Assembly: GCA_021432655.1 (NCBI GenBank)
Contig: MU271281.1
Location: 62,001 to 108,470, forward strand
Reading direction: 5' to 3'
Source of the DNA: Atractiella rhizophila
Taxonomy: Eukaryota
DNA: 46,470 nucleotides
How positions within the stretch are numbered: the first letter of the stretch is position 1; the number at the start of each line of letters is the position of its first letter. A model generated the notes under the pieces. It was not told where the DNA came from. It made no database searches and was given only the letters and a program-made list of their open reading frames with translations. The position numbers were made by a program, and so were the translations under genes. This document shows, piece after piece, positions 24,200-36,229 of the stretch.

Positions 24200-25461
24200 A
24201 TGCTCTCTCATGGCCCTGATGCAGTTAAGATCGCCATATTCGGGATCACTGGGAAACAAGGTGGTTCTGTCTTCTCTGCTCTTCGCGCCTCTCCCAAGAA
24301 ATACAGTGTCATTGGTATCACCCGCGACCTGTCCAAGGAACCAACGATCACTCTTACCAAAGAGGAGGGGGTGGAAATGAGAGCTGCTACGGTCCAAGTT
24401 GGGGGAGAGGGAGAGGTCAAGAAGGCTCTTGATGGGGCTGAAGTAGTTTTCGTATGCATCCATTTGCTCCTCCTTCGATTCAATGAAACTAAACATATGT
24501 GCCAATAGTTGGTCACCAATTTCTGGGATCATTTAGATATGGAACGTGTAATGCTATCTTTCTTTCAAATCAACCAGTCACAAGTTTCTGATTACTGCAC
24601 CTTCTATGCAGGACTATGGCGAGATCAAGGTCGTTATCGACGCCGCCTTGTCTCTTCCTACCCTCAAGACGTTTCTCTGGTCGGGATTGCCTTCTTATGA
24701 CAAATTGACTGGAGGAAAGTTCACGAAGGTCTACCATTTTGAGGGGAAAGCAAGGGCAACAGAATATCTTTTCCGAGAAAGCAAGAAGAAGGAAAATGTG
24801 AGAGCGGTTTCTGTCGAAGTAAGACGTGTCTTCTCCGTGCTTTGGATGCTCAGCAAATGTGGAATAATAGCCTGCAGCAATATATGCAGAACTTTCTCCA
24901 GCCCCCAATGGAGTTCCAAAAGGGAGAAGATGGCGTATACGTTCTCTCTACAGGCTGGAAAGCCGATACGAAACTAGCATCCATCGATATCCAGTCGGAC
25001 TATGGAATTTTCGTTCAGTCTGCTCTGGAACATCCTACGGAATTCCCCAACGGATCAATCATCCAGGCGGTTGGTGAGGACCTCACAATGAATCAAATCG
25101 TAGAACAATTCGCGGCGGGTTCGTTTGTCCCGTTTATGTCCAGAAATGGAATAGCCATTCACTCCTTCTTTTGGAACGTAAAGCCACTGGAGAGAAAGCG
25201 AAATACGCGTACACGCCTTTTGAGAATAGTGCGGCTTACTCTCACATGCCTCCTATCATTCAGGAGGACTTCAAGGACTTCTACGGAGCGATTAATGAGG
25301 TTGAATGTAAGTCTATTCCCTCACAAAATCATTACCAAGGCAGACATACAAAACCAGATTACGGGAAGGATGACTTTGGAAAAAGCCTTGGCTTTCTCTC
25401 TCGAAAACCTAACACCTGGAAGAAATTCTTCGAGTTGAACAAGAAGACTTGGGCGAAGTAA
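24200..25461 (+). CDS. NmrA/HSCARG-like NAD(P)-binding protein, copy 2 (intact)
   Basis: IAIFGITGKQGGSV, VTNFWDH, KVYHFEGKA, IDIQSDYG and RKPNTWKKFFELNK; canonical introns; TAA at 25459-25461. Confidence 0.88.
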
Positions 25462-25986
25462 CAACCAAGCAGTTCCGTGTATTAGAAAGATCACAAATTG
25501 TTGAAACAACGTGTAAATATTCTGCCAGATTCAAAAAATGTACTCAGAAGATGTACGGTTAGAGGCTTGAACCAGTCTGCAATAATAAGAGAGGCAGCTC
25601 GCTGGATCAGCCATCGGGACGTCGAAAACGGAACAGCAATAGTAAATCAGCATTTGAGCCCCGTTCAAATAGACCTAACATTTTAAATTTGCAACATTTC
25701 ATATTGTTGTTTGTAGCTCCTTAATACGGAGGGTGAATGAGGAAGTACGCACAGTAATCTCAATCTCCTAAACGACTGAGCTTTTTGGGACAGTCCATCC
25801 CTGGCTGTATGCCTACCTCGTTAGAAAAATTTGTCTAACTCAAGAGACCCCGATTTGCCTTCAGTGATACCGTGACGAAGAGGGATTTTCTTGTTGCAGA
25901 CGTGATGGAGTGGGGTTTGGTGCAAGGTTCGGACCTTCGGACCAGTCATTGGAAGATCATCGTCCAGCTCCCCTGCAATATACAGC

Positions 25987-28391
25987 ATGGACTCATCCGT
26001 CAGAGAACTCATACAACAATGGCTAGCCTTAGAGTGAGCTTTATTTCTCTTTTACAACAAATCACTGATCGATCGTCCAGCAAAGTGAGTGTGCAAACAT
26101 GCCTTCATTTCAGCCTCAGGCTGATCGGACAACAGAATTCCTCCACACGAGCAGAGATCGAGTCTCTCCAGGCTTCAAACAATGTAGATGAGCTCAGGAA
26201 GCGTTTATCTACACGCATCGTGTTTGGAACAGCTGGTTCATCTTTATTGTTAATTCATCAGCTCCAGTATTTTCTGATGCTGCCTCAGGTTTAAGGGCGG
26301 CCATGGAGGCTGGATTCTCACGGATGAACGACGTAACTGTTCTTCAAGCTACGCAAGGACTCGTCGCACACCTAGAAGCTGCCAATAGCACAAACAAATC
26401 GGCAGTGATTGGGCATGACCATCGATATAACTCACAGCGGTTTGCCGAGCTGGCTGCTGGAGTCTTCCTAAGGAAAGGCTGGAAGGTTTACCTTTATCGT
26501 GGAGTGGTACTAACACCACTCGTTGTGAGTGCCTTGAATTGAGCTTTTGAGACGTGCTCACAATATGAGCAGCCGTTTGGAGTCCTTCAGCTCAAAGCCA
26601 CGGCTGGCATCATGATCACTGGTGCTTGCGTCTCTCCCTGTGATAATTCAACACATTTACAGCCAAAGCAGCCTCACATAACCCGAAAAACGACAACGGT
26701 TACAAACTCTACGCTTCCAACGGTGTACAAATTATACCACCAGAAGACTCACAAATTGAAGCCAGCATCTTGAACAACCTCGACATTGCTGATGAAGCAT
26801 GGGATATCAGCAATGTCGCGAAGAACTGCGAAGATCGGACAGAAGAAATGAAGGTTAAGTACAACCAAATGGCAGGCGAGATGGTCACAGCAGAGCAGAA
26901 GTGAGTTCTTCTTCCTTCAAGCGTTTTTAGAAACAAAACTTTCTCAAACAGCCATCTCAATGCCTCATCGTCCGTCAAGTTCGCCTATACTCCAATGCAT
27001 GGAGTCGGTCTGCCATTTGCCAAAGCAGCCTTCATCGCCGCAGGGTTTCAGGAATCCTCTTTTTCCATCGTAGAGGCCCAAGCGCAACCAGATCCTGAGT
27101 TTCCAACAGTGAAGTTCCCAAATCCTGAAGAGAAGGGGGCTTTGGTACGCTGGCTTAACCGCGCACATGTTTCCCTAACGAGTTCCATACAGGATCTCGC
27201 TATCAAGCATGCAGACGCAAACAAATGTCGGATCGTCCTTGCCAACGATCCAGATGCTGATCGTTTTACGGCCGCTGAGAAGGATCCTGTAACTGGAAAT
27301 TGGAAGCAGTTCTCAGGGGACCAGTTAGGAAGTATTCTTGGGCATTTCGTTTTCCAAAAGTACAAGGCGGCGGGAAAGGACGTTGGTGTGTTTCTCTGAT
27401 GGAAACTACATGGTTCTAACGGAAGTAAAAGGAAAACTGGCTGTTTGCGCATCAACGGTCTCGTCAAAGATGTTGAAAGCCATAGCAAAGAAGGAGGGTT
27501 TCACGTTCCGGGAGACCTTGACTGGCTTCAAGTGCATTTTCTTTCGTTCCAAGCTGAATTCCTTTTGATGGAGTGCAGATGGTTGGGCAACGAAATTCTC
27601 AAGCTAAAAGAAGAAGGATACTCTGCAGAGTATTCGTACGAAGAAGCGATCGGTTTCATGCTCAATGGAAATGTCCGCGACAAAGATGGCGTAACTGTGT
27701 CCTGTTGGTCGAGGAGTGTGCATTGATAAGAAGTATAGGTCACGGCGCTGATCTCGTTTGCTCAACTTGCTGCGAGTCAATACCAGAAGGGCTCGACGAT
27801 ATCAGCATATTTAGACGACTTGTATTCACGGTCAGACAAAATCTCTTTTTTGGCATGCCCTCTCTGAGTGAAGCTTCAGATATGGATATTTTGCAACCCA
27901 AAATTCATATTTCGTGTCTCCTTCTCCGGACACCACCAATTCCGCCTTCACAGCTCTGCGATATTCCCGATCAAGTGATGGCGAGCTTGCGCTTCCCGAA
28001 TCTCTGGTTGGAGGGAAGTACGCAGTGATAGGGATCCGCGACTTAACAGTTGGATACGACTCCGACAACCCTCCTTCCTTTGAGCCTACCTTGAGGAAGA
28101 CAGAAGAAGGGAGCCATATGATCACTGTTCGACTGGCTGCTGGAAAAGATGAAGATGTGGAAGATGAGACAGTCATCACGCTTAGAACTTCGGGCACTGA
28201 ACCCAAGGTAAGGAAGCCTTTGCTTATAGATAACGACAGGAAGTGATTTAGAGCTGTAGATCAAGTACTACATTGAGACTCGAGGTAGAGATCGCAAAGC
28301 TGTAGAGGAGAAACTGAAAGCGATAGAATCGGCTGTGGGTGACGAATGGCTGCATTGGTCGGAGTATGGATTGAAGAAAGCGGGAAGTTGA
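25987..28391 (+). CDS. Phosphoglucomutase/phosphopentomutase (PGM2/Prm15 type)
   Basis: FGTAGLRA, GHDHR, ITASHNP..DNGYK, YTPMHGVG, FPNPEE, ANDPDADR, TLTGFKW, YEEAIG, VRDKDG and RTSGTEPKIKYY motifs. Confidence 0.95.
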
Positions 28392-28761
28392 TTCTCAGCA
28401 CCTATTCTTATCGGGAAGAGTTAGTCAAGAAAAGCTGTACATTACCTACCAAAGCTTCAATATGTGTCATGTGACCCTTTTGTGCCATATATAACGACAG
28501 AGAACGTTGCCATTTGCACCGCGGAGAGCCCAGTAGAGGCGAGACAAGGCGAAGCTCTGGGCATAGACGACGAAAGTGTGCGCTGCTTACCCCGGAGTCG
28601 TTGCCTGAACTTCAGGCTCGGAGCTGATTATCAAGCGAGAGCAAGCTCTGGATAAACGACGGACGAACAACCAAAAGGTCCCAAGTCTCTTTCATCTTAG
28701 CTGGGACACACGCAATACCCACGATTCACGCCTTTGGAATCTCTGGAAGATACCCATCATC

Positions 28762-29773
28762 ATGTCCGAATTAGCAGCAGAACCAGCTCGATGCCTCCCT
28801 ACCCCAGTTCAACTGAACCACTATCCGAATGACAAAGCCTTTCTGAGGATGTGGGAAGAGCAACAGGTGCCTCAGGTGCGCCTCTCACCTAACCCTTCTT
28901 TCCCAGCTATGGATCCAGCTCATGATAAGCTGGTATTTGGATCAGACCATCCTCCAGCTTTGGTTTGGCGGTGTTCCATTGGACGACCCTCAAGGACCTC
29001 CACGGGATATGACGAAGCAATGGTGGGAGACGAATTCTGAGTTCAATGACATTGCACAGCAAGTCACCACCTCCCTTCTTCATCTATCTCTTTCGTTTGT
29101 AAAGGAAATTCTAATAGATGTTACAAAACAGAGGTCTCTTCGCCCCACTCCTCTCACTCATCAAGCCTCCAGGGTATGCGGCAGGCAATTATGCCGTCTC
29201 CTTCTCCTGCATCAAGCGAGCGGCATCCACTCCATCCCGTTGCCTCGCCATGATCATCTTGCTCGACCAATTCCCGAGGGCGATAGACTTGCCCGAGCAG
29301 GGCAAAGTTTTGTTTGATGATTTGGCACAAGAGGTGACGTTTTATGCGATGGAGGAGAGACGGTTGGATTACGGAGAAGACGGAAAGTGGAAGGCCTTGC
29401 CTGGACCACGTACTTGGTTCGTTTATCCTCTTCCCTCTTTTCGTCACATCCAATGTAACCTATGAACGTGTTGTGGTGTAGGTTTTATGCTCCTCTCCTT
29501 CACTCGGAAGCGCCTTGTTACCATGGAATGGCGAAAGAGGAGTTCAAGGACATCCTCTCCCTCTCTGACCTTCCAGAATCGAACCCAGCACACCAGTTTC
29601 TCCAACGGCTCGTGTACGTGAACGATCAGCAAACGGAGGTCCTGAACAAGTTCCATCGGTTCCCTTTCATGAATAGCTTGCTAGGGAGGGAGAGCACGGC
29701 GGAGGAGAAGGAGTGGTTGGATGGAGAGTGGCAGTCGTTGAAACTGATTTGGTCGGGAAAGGATTTGGATTGA
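28762..29773 (+). CDS. DUF924-family protein
   Basis: LWFGG..KQWW, LAMIILLDQFPRAI, FYAPLLHSE and FHRFPFMNSLLGRESTAEEKEWL motifs. Confidence 0.85.
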
Positions 29774-29960
29774 GGCGACAGTGTTGCTGGTGAAGACCAT
29801 GCGGAAGAATAGGTAGGGAGAAAGTAGAAGGAGTACACTTCTTGGACATTGCTGTGATACTTTTGCATCGGATTCGTTGCCTCGCCTTGTATTCCGTGCC
29901 ATATGTCTTTTAAGCTTTCTCGTAAGCCACAAAAATCAAGGGTCCACCACAAGCCTGTAT

Positions 29961-30936
29961 TCAGTCCTCCTCGTCCCATTCCATCAATTTGTACCGTAGC
30001 GACGGCGTATATCGCCACGCTCCCTCCATGCCTTTCCATCTCGAGATCAACATAGCGAGCGGGTAGCCTATAGCCCCCTCTTCATCCACATGGGCTTTGG
30101 CACGGTTCCAAGCCGCCTCATCTGCCCATTCGGCTTTCTCTTGACGAGAGACCGCGGAGGCAAAATCGATCAGTACGACGCGGTACGGCTTCCTGGTACT
30201 GACGAGAACGTTCTGGAGGCGAACATCGTAGTGGATGAGTTGATGGGCATGTACGACGGATTCGATGAGCTGGACGGAGGCATCGCATATCTCAGCGACG
30301 TCGGAAGGTTGCAATGAAGGTGTTGGGAGATGCGGTAGAGAGGAAAGGGTGCAGGAAGGGTTGATGTATTCCAGCAAAATTCCAGTCGTGCCGTATTCTT
30401 GCAAGCCATCCACAGCAGTGACTTCTGCGTAGAAACGGGGCACCAGAGAACCCTGCAAACTGGCAAGCTGAGCGTAAGCTGCTACTTCGCAGCGATGGAA
30501 GAGCTTGGCCACTTGGGCAAGATAGGCTTCGAATCTTCCCTCTAGAACTGCTTCTTCCCTGTCGAAATGTACTTCTGGATCCGGCAGCGGTTGTCCACTG
30601 AGCAGATAGGCTTGAAATGCGGCTTCCTTCTTCTCACTCCAAGGCTGAACATCCTTAGCGGTTCGTAGGTCCGTCAGGAAACGTCGGTCGTATAGCTTGA
30701 GGACAAGAAGACCTTCTGGCAAAGAACCAATAGCAGCGTCAAGTCGGACGGTGAGGACAGGAGAGAGGGTGCAAGGTGCGATGGCTCGTTCGATGCGACA
30801 ATAAACGATCGTCCCATCGACAAGATGCAAGGTCAGAGGCTTGCCAGAACTATAGGATTGCCTTGATTCAGCGGTGTCGTTAGCACATTCATGCCATTAC
30901 GGGAACACAAACTCACGAGAGATTCGGTTCGTCCAT
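29961..30936 (-). CDS. Fungal protein-kinase-like protein
   Basis: Short first exon MDEPNLS (ATG 30936) and a GTGAGT..AAG intron, then VLKLYDRRF, EVAAYAQL..LQGSLVPRFY, GILLEYI, HYDVRLQNVLV and VLIDFA. Confidence 0.85.
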
Positions 30937-31454
30937 GGCAATTGCAATCAGTAGAAATGGATAACAATGACCTTGAACACAACAGCAACCTTTCTGCAGC
31001 AAAAAAAGACTCAAGTAGGATAGGCGTTGGTCCCACCCCTGGTGGAAGTTATTGTATGAGAAAGATGGCTTACTCCAACGTCTGGTTCAGCGCGAATTCA
31101 GCGTTGAGTGGGTGAAGAAAGAAGCTAAAACACTCGCAAGACAAACAGAAAACGAGTCAGTCCAAGTTACTTGAGTGAGCTGAAAGGAGGAACTGTGACA
31201 TTGTATTCCCACCAGTCACCACCAGAGCCCAAAAAGTTCTCCATCTTCTCCTCCACAACGAATTCAAGAACACATCTCCGCGCGAAGTCTGCCGCGGGTG
31301 GTAAGTTTTGATGTCGACGTCATTTCAACAACCACCTCCAGCTAGAATATCAGCTTCTTCACCACTCTAGTCTCTGTGACATCTCTAACAGCTCCCTTGA
31401 TAACACCATACTTCAATATTCTCTCACAAGCGAATTGTCAACGAATTACGAATC

Positions 31455-31733
31455 ATGGACGCGTCCTCCCTCTCCCAACGCAAGCACACTCCGCCACTCG
31501 AGCCCTCCCCCGAAGCCATAGCGCTCTCCTCTAATCTCTCAAAAAACACCACCCCTCACAGCGACGACGCCTCCGAGCCAGCCGAAAGAACGACACGCAC
31601 GCCCCAAGTTCCCCCCGCGCTCCTCCTCCTCGCACTCACCGTCCTCCTGGGCACCATCTACTCCCTCCGTCTCTACAGCTCCGACGAGACCCTCTTCCGA
31701 AAAAAAAAAGTTTTGTCACTCTCGAAGCTGTGA
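31455..31733 (+). pseudogene. Truncated 5' copy of SCS3
   Basis: The first ~82 codons are nearly identical to those from 32535, then run into an A10 tract and stop. Confidence 0.85.
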
Positions 31734-31908
31734 GTGCCTGCACACAATTTAACAGATAATGTAGTTGCAAAGAAGTGTTATGAGTTATGAGTACTCAATC
31801 ACTGATTATCTCTCAGCATGTTCCTAACAGCATAGTCAACCACTTTTTATTGAAAAACAGCAGAAACTCAATGTGGTCCCCCCGAGGGACGAGGGGCCCC
31901 CCAGCTTG
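31700..31908 (+). mobile_element. Putative Helitron-like 3' terminus
   Basis: AT-rich stretch ending in a GC-rich imperfect hairpin (ggtccccccg...cgaggggcc), then cagCTTG|T. The homologous empty site in the other copy is A|T at 30816/30817. Confidence 0.45.
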
Positions 31909-32534
31909 TCCACAAGATGCAAGGTCAGAGGCTTGCCAGAATTATAGGATGGCCTTGATTCAGCGGTGTCGTTAGCACATTCATGCCATTACGGGAACAC
32001 AAACTCACGAGAGATTCGGTTCGTCCATGGCAATTGCAATTAGGAGTAATAGATAACAATGACCTTGAACACAACGGCAACCTTTCTGCAGCAAAAAAAG
32101 ACTTAAGTAGGATAGGCGTTGGTCCCACCCCTGGTGGAAGTTGTTGTATGAGAAAGATGGCTTACTTCAACGTCTCAGCGTTGAGTGGGTGAAGAAAGAA
32201 GCTAAAACACGCGCAAAACAAACAGAAAACGAGTCAGTCCAAGTTACTTGAGTGGGCTGAAAGGAGGAGCTGTGACATTGTATTTCCCCCACCCCAGCAC
32301 CACCAAGCCAAAAAGTTCTCCATCTTCTCCTCCACAACAAATTCAAGAACACATCTCCGCGCGATGTCTTCCGCGGTTGGTAAGTTTTGATGTCGACGTC
32401 ATTTCAACAACCACCTCCAGCTAGAATATCAGCGTCTTCACCACTCTAGTCTCTGTGACATCTCTAACGGCTCCCCTTGATAACACCATACATCAGTATT
32501 CTCTCAAAAGCGAATTGTCAACGAATTACGAATC

Positions 32535-33572
32535 ATGGACGCGTCCTCCCTCTCCCAACGCAAGCACACTCCGCCAATCGAGCCCTCCCCCGAAGCCATA
32601 GCGCTCTCCTCTAATCTCTCAAAAAACACCACCCCTCACAGCGACGACGCATCCGAGCAATCCGAAAGAACGACACGCACGCTCCAAGTTCCACCCGCGC
32701 TCCTCCTCCTCGCACTCACCGTCCTCCTGGGCACCATCTACTCCCTCCGTCTCTACAGCTCCGACGAGACCCTCTTCCGCTCCCGCTTCCCCGGCGCTGG
32801 GTCACACCATCCCGTGGCCAACCTCCTCGTCCCGCCCGACAAGCTGCCGTCTCGAAACAATCCTTTCGGATTGGTGTGGTGGCAGGACAAGACGAATCCA
32901 TTCAACGCTTACCTCGTCAAATTCTCTTGGTTCTGGACCACCACCGCCTTCATCGCTCTCGTGCTTTCAAAGGCTATCACGGACCCTAAAGGTTTTAGTT
33001 TGAGAGGAAGCGCTTATGCGAGAGCTTATGCGGTTGCGACGGCGGTATGGTACTTCATGACGCAGAAACTGCCTCTCCTAGGTCCGTCCATCTTTGATCG
33101 TATCATCGTCGCAACCGGTGGAGAATGTGTGCCCTCCTCCCTCTCCTCCGCTTCCATCACCATCCCTTCCGAAGAAGGTCAAACCTCCACCTCAATCCTC
33201 GATCCACACCACTGCTACTCGTACTCCCGGAGAGCATGGAGGAAACACCACGCCGCCAACCTGGGTGGAAGTCGACCGTACTGGAACGGAGGACTCGATG
33301 TGTCAGGCCACGCCTTCCTCCTCACCCTCTCCATCCTCTTCCTCCTCTCCGCCTTGGAGGTCACCAAGCCTTCTGCCACTTCGAACGGAAACGGGGGTGC
33401 GCGGAGAAGGAGAGAAAGTGAATGGATACGCACCGCCGCTTGGACGCTCGTCGGGATTTGGTGGTGGATGCTTTGGATCACGAGTGTCAATTTTCATTCG
33501 CCGGCGGAGAAGGTGTTAGGGATGTTGGTGGGCATGGCTGCGTGGGGAGTGAGTTGGGGAACTGTGCGGTGA
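32535..33572 (+). CDS. SCS3: FIT-family acyl-CoA diphosphatase (Scs3/FIT2), intronless
   Basis: KTNPFNAYLVKFSWFWTT, FDRIIVATGGEC, WNGGLDVSGHAFLL and WWWMLWITSVNFHSPAEKVLG. Confidence 0.92.
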   Translation: MDASSLSQRKHTPPIEPSPEAIALSSNLSKNTTPHSDDASEQSERTTRTLQVPPALLLLALTVLLGTIYSLRLYSSDETLFRSRFPGAGSHHPVANLLVPPDKLPSRNNPFGLVWWQDKTNPFNAYLVKFSWFWTTTAFIALVLSKAITDPKGFSLRGSAYARAYAVATAVWYFMTQKLPLLGPSIFDRIIVATGGECVPSSLSSASITIPSEEGQTSTSILDPHHCYSYSRRAWRKHHAANLGGSRPYWNGGLDVSGHAFLLTLSILFLLSALEVTKPSATSNGNGGARRRRESEWIRTAAWTLVGIWWWMLWITSVNFHSPAEKVLGMLVGMAAWGVSWGTVR

Positions 33573-33733
33573 GGCGTATTGATGAGGGAATGTCTAGTGA
33601 GGTGAGATTTCAGTTTGTTGAGTGGAAGGAGGAGTGATAGATTCATGCACAGGCCGGAAATTGATGGGACACCGCTGTGGGTGAAGGGGTAGATTTATGG
33701 ACATGGATTGTTCTACATCACAGGACTTGTAAA

Positions 33734-34631
33734 TCAAACATTGAACTATACCCGTCATACATCAGCTTCTTTTAGAGGTGGATTAAAGAAGAAACGCACG
33801 GTCCCCAAATACGACTCTGCTACGATCCTCGCTCGTGCGTTCAGACTGAGTTTCATTTCCGATATCTCTCTGTCTACGTCCTCCATGAACCTTTCCAAAA
33901 CGCAACACTCAGTTTCATCCCACCCAACGAAAACCACCATACGCCGTAACGACGAAAGAGGATAGAGACTTACTGAATGACGAAATCGACCAATTTATTC
34001 TTCAACATCTCCTCCGTATTCCTATTCGTGATCAGAAAGCTAATATCATAACCCTTGATCGGTCTCCTTCGCAGAATCACAAAGTTCTCCGCCCTTTGCA
34101 TCATGAAACGAGTGAACCGGTTCGTGAGGATGGTCTCTATCTCGTCCGCTTGCTTGATCTTGAGAGACACTCGGGTGCTGTTGATGGACGGTTCGATGAG
34201 GACGGCCTCGAGGGGAGTACGGGTGATGAGGATGGGGGTGAGGAGGACCTCGGGGGATTTTCTGGGTGTTTGCGTTCATCATAAATAAGTGGATTGCTGT
34301 AAGGGAGGTAGGGAGGACCTACCCGGACTCGATTTCGGGTCTTCAACCACGATTAAGACAGTTGAGTTGCCTCAGTACCTCCTGGCTCAATCGGATAAGG
34401 AATGGCTCACGCATTGTGCCTTTCTGATACCTATGAGACACCAATCAACTCCATTCGAAAGAGATCATTGTGTGGATGCTGGAGTGGAGAGACTCACTTC
34501 AGATGCGAAGTTCTCGAGGTTCAGCGCCGCGGTTAGAGAGGCGCGGACGCATTGAAGGTATGTTCGTAAAGTGTTGGACTGCCATTTCCTCAGCCAGAAA
34601 GTCAAAAAGGGGAGAACAGAACACTGACCAT
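33734..34631 (-). CDS. ARC19: Arp2/3 complex subunit 4
   Basis: ATG-only first exon, then [35 protein letters not shown] and [59 protein letters not shown]. Confidence 0.96.
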
Positions 34632-34767
34632 GATTGCGAAGAGCACCAACTCTTTCTCTGCAGTCAAGTCACGGCACTTAGAGAAGGCAATGCTGCGAAC
34701 CTTATTGCGTGTGACTGGTCAGTGGTCATTCCGAGACAACGACGAAGTCGACAGTTACAAACCCACT

Positions 34768-35842
34768 ATGGCTAGTACCTCGAGTTACACTCAGGCCCCT
34801 CCGTCCTATCAGCCCGCGAAAGCGACGGACAACCCCAACTCTCCCTTGTTGGAAAGAGGATCATTCGAAGACGAGCGGGATGTTCCAGAGGATTTCAAGA
34901 TTGGTACGTCCCCTTCATCCAGGAGTCGGTTCGTGTGTTGAAGATGCGCCATTGAAGGTGTGACGGTGTACCAGAGCTCGCCTCAGGTTCGACAGGCCTT
35001 CGTTCGAAAGGTCTATGGCGTTCTGTTCTGTCAATTGGTACGTCCTTCCTCCGCATGGCTTCCGCAGGGATAAGGATGTTGATATTCGGCGTCGGATGTG
35101 CAGCTCGCATCTACCTTGGTCTCGGCACTCTTTATCGGTCTCAAGCTTGGACCCTGGTTGGCAGAGAATCTATGGCTCATGTTCGCTTCTGGGCTCGTCA
35201 CCTTCTTGGTTTGTTTCTTTCGTCTAATCTAGGAGAACGATTCTCATATGAACTGTTTCAGTTGATATTCGCTGTCCACATTAAAGCGCAATCACATCGT
35301 AAGTGGTCCCTCATCCGCATGTCCCCCAATTGAGATGGGATCCAGCAACGAACATCATCCTCCTTGGAATCTGGACTATCTTCGAATCCATCTTCGTCGG
35401 TTCCGCCGTCGTATTTCGCGACGAGAAGGTCGTCCTCCAAGCATTCGTGATCACGACCTTGGTCTTCCTCGGCCTGACCCTCTTCACGCTCCAAAGCAAA
35501 TACGACTTTTCCTCCATGGGCACCTATCTCTTCGTCCTCCTCCTCGCCGTAGTCGTCACCTCCATAGTGGGCTTCTTCGTCACATGGAGCCGCACCTTCG
35601 ACATCTTCTTCGCTGGAGCCGGATGCCTCCTCTTCTGCGGTTACATACTCTACGACACGTACATGATCGCTAACCGATTCTCGCCTGATGATTGGGTCCT
35701 CGCTGTCATGGCCTTGTACCTCGAGTACGCCCTTTCTATATTCTTTGTTTCATGTAGCCAATGCTGATGGACGATGGTTGACAGCGTCATCAATCTCTTC
35801 TTTTTCATACTCAGACTCTTGAGCGACTTGCAGGATCGATGA
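34768..35842 (+). CDS. BXI1: Bax inhibitor-1 family (Bxi1/LFG) membrane protein
   Basis: VPEDFKIG, VRQAFVRKVYGVLFCQL, VLQAFVIT..LTLFTLQSKYDF and GYILYDTYMI..FSPDDWVLAVMALYLD. Confidence 0.92.
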
Positions 35843-36229
35843 ATGCGTTGCACGGGTACACGAGTACGAAAGTCGGTGCGGACGAATTGCAATGGACAGC
35901 TCCCAAACTAACGGTCACTAAGGCAGGCGAAGAGTGGTTTTTATGTTCGTCAGATGTATGATTCATTGTAGAACACGAATAATAGCGCAGTCTCTTGATC
36001 AAACACTAAACACGCACACTCATTAGTCCTCATCTGTATCCTCACATTTCCATTCCACACTTGAACCCAATCATTCTACTAAGCAATCGTTGGAGAGACA
36101 TTCGATGAGAGGAAGAGATCAAAACTACAACAATGCCGAACAATCATCAATAAAGCAGACTGATCGTCCATACATCCATGCTTCCCATTCCCATTCCTTT
36201 TCCCACTGCGCATATGCCATCAGTCCTGA

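Larger units (their letters stand above)
30817..32779. repeat. Direct duplication 30817-31699 / 31909-32779 separated by a 209-bp spacer
   Basis: Copies align with SNPs and a 12-bp indel near 31082. Each covers the kinase 5' end, the divergent promoter and the SCS3 5' end. Confidence 0.95.
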
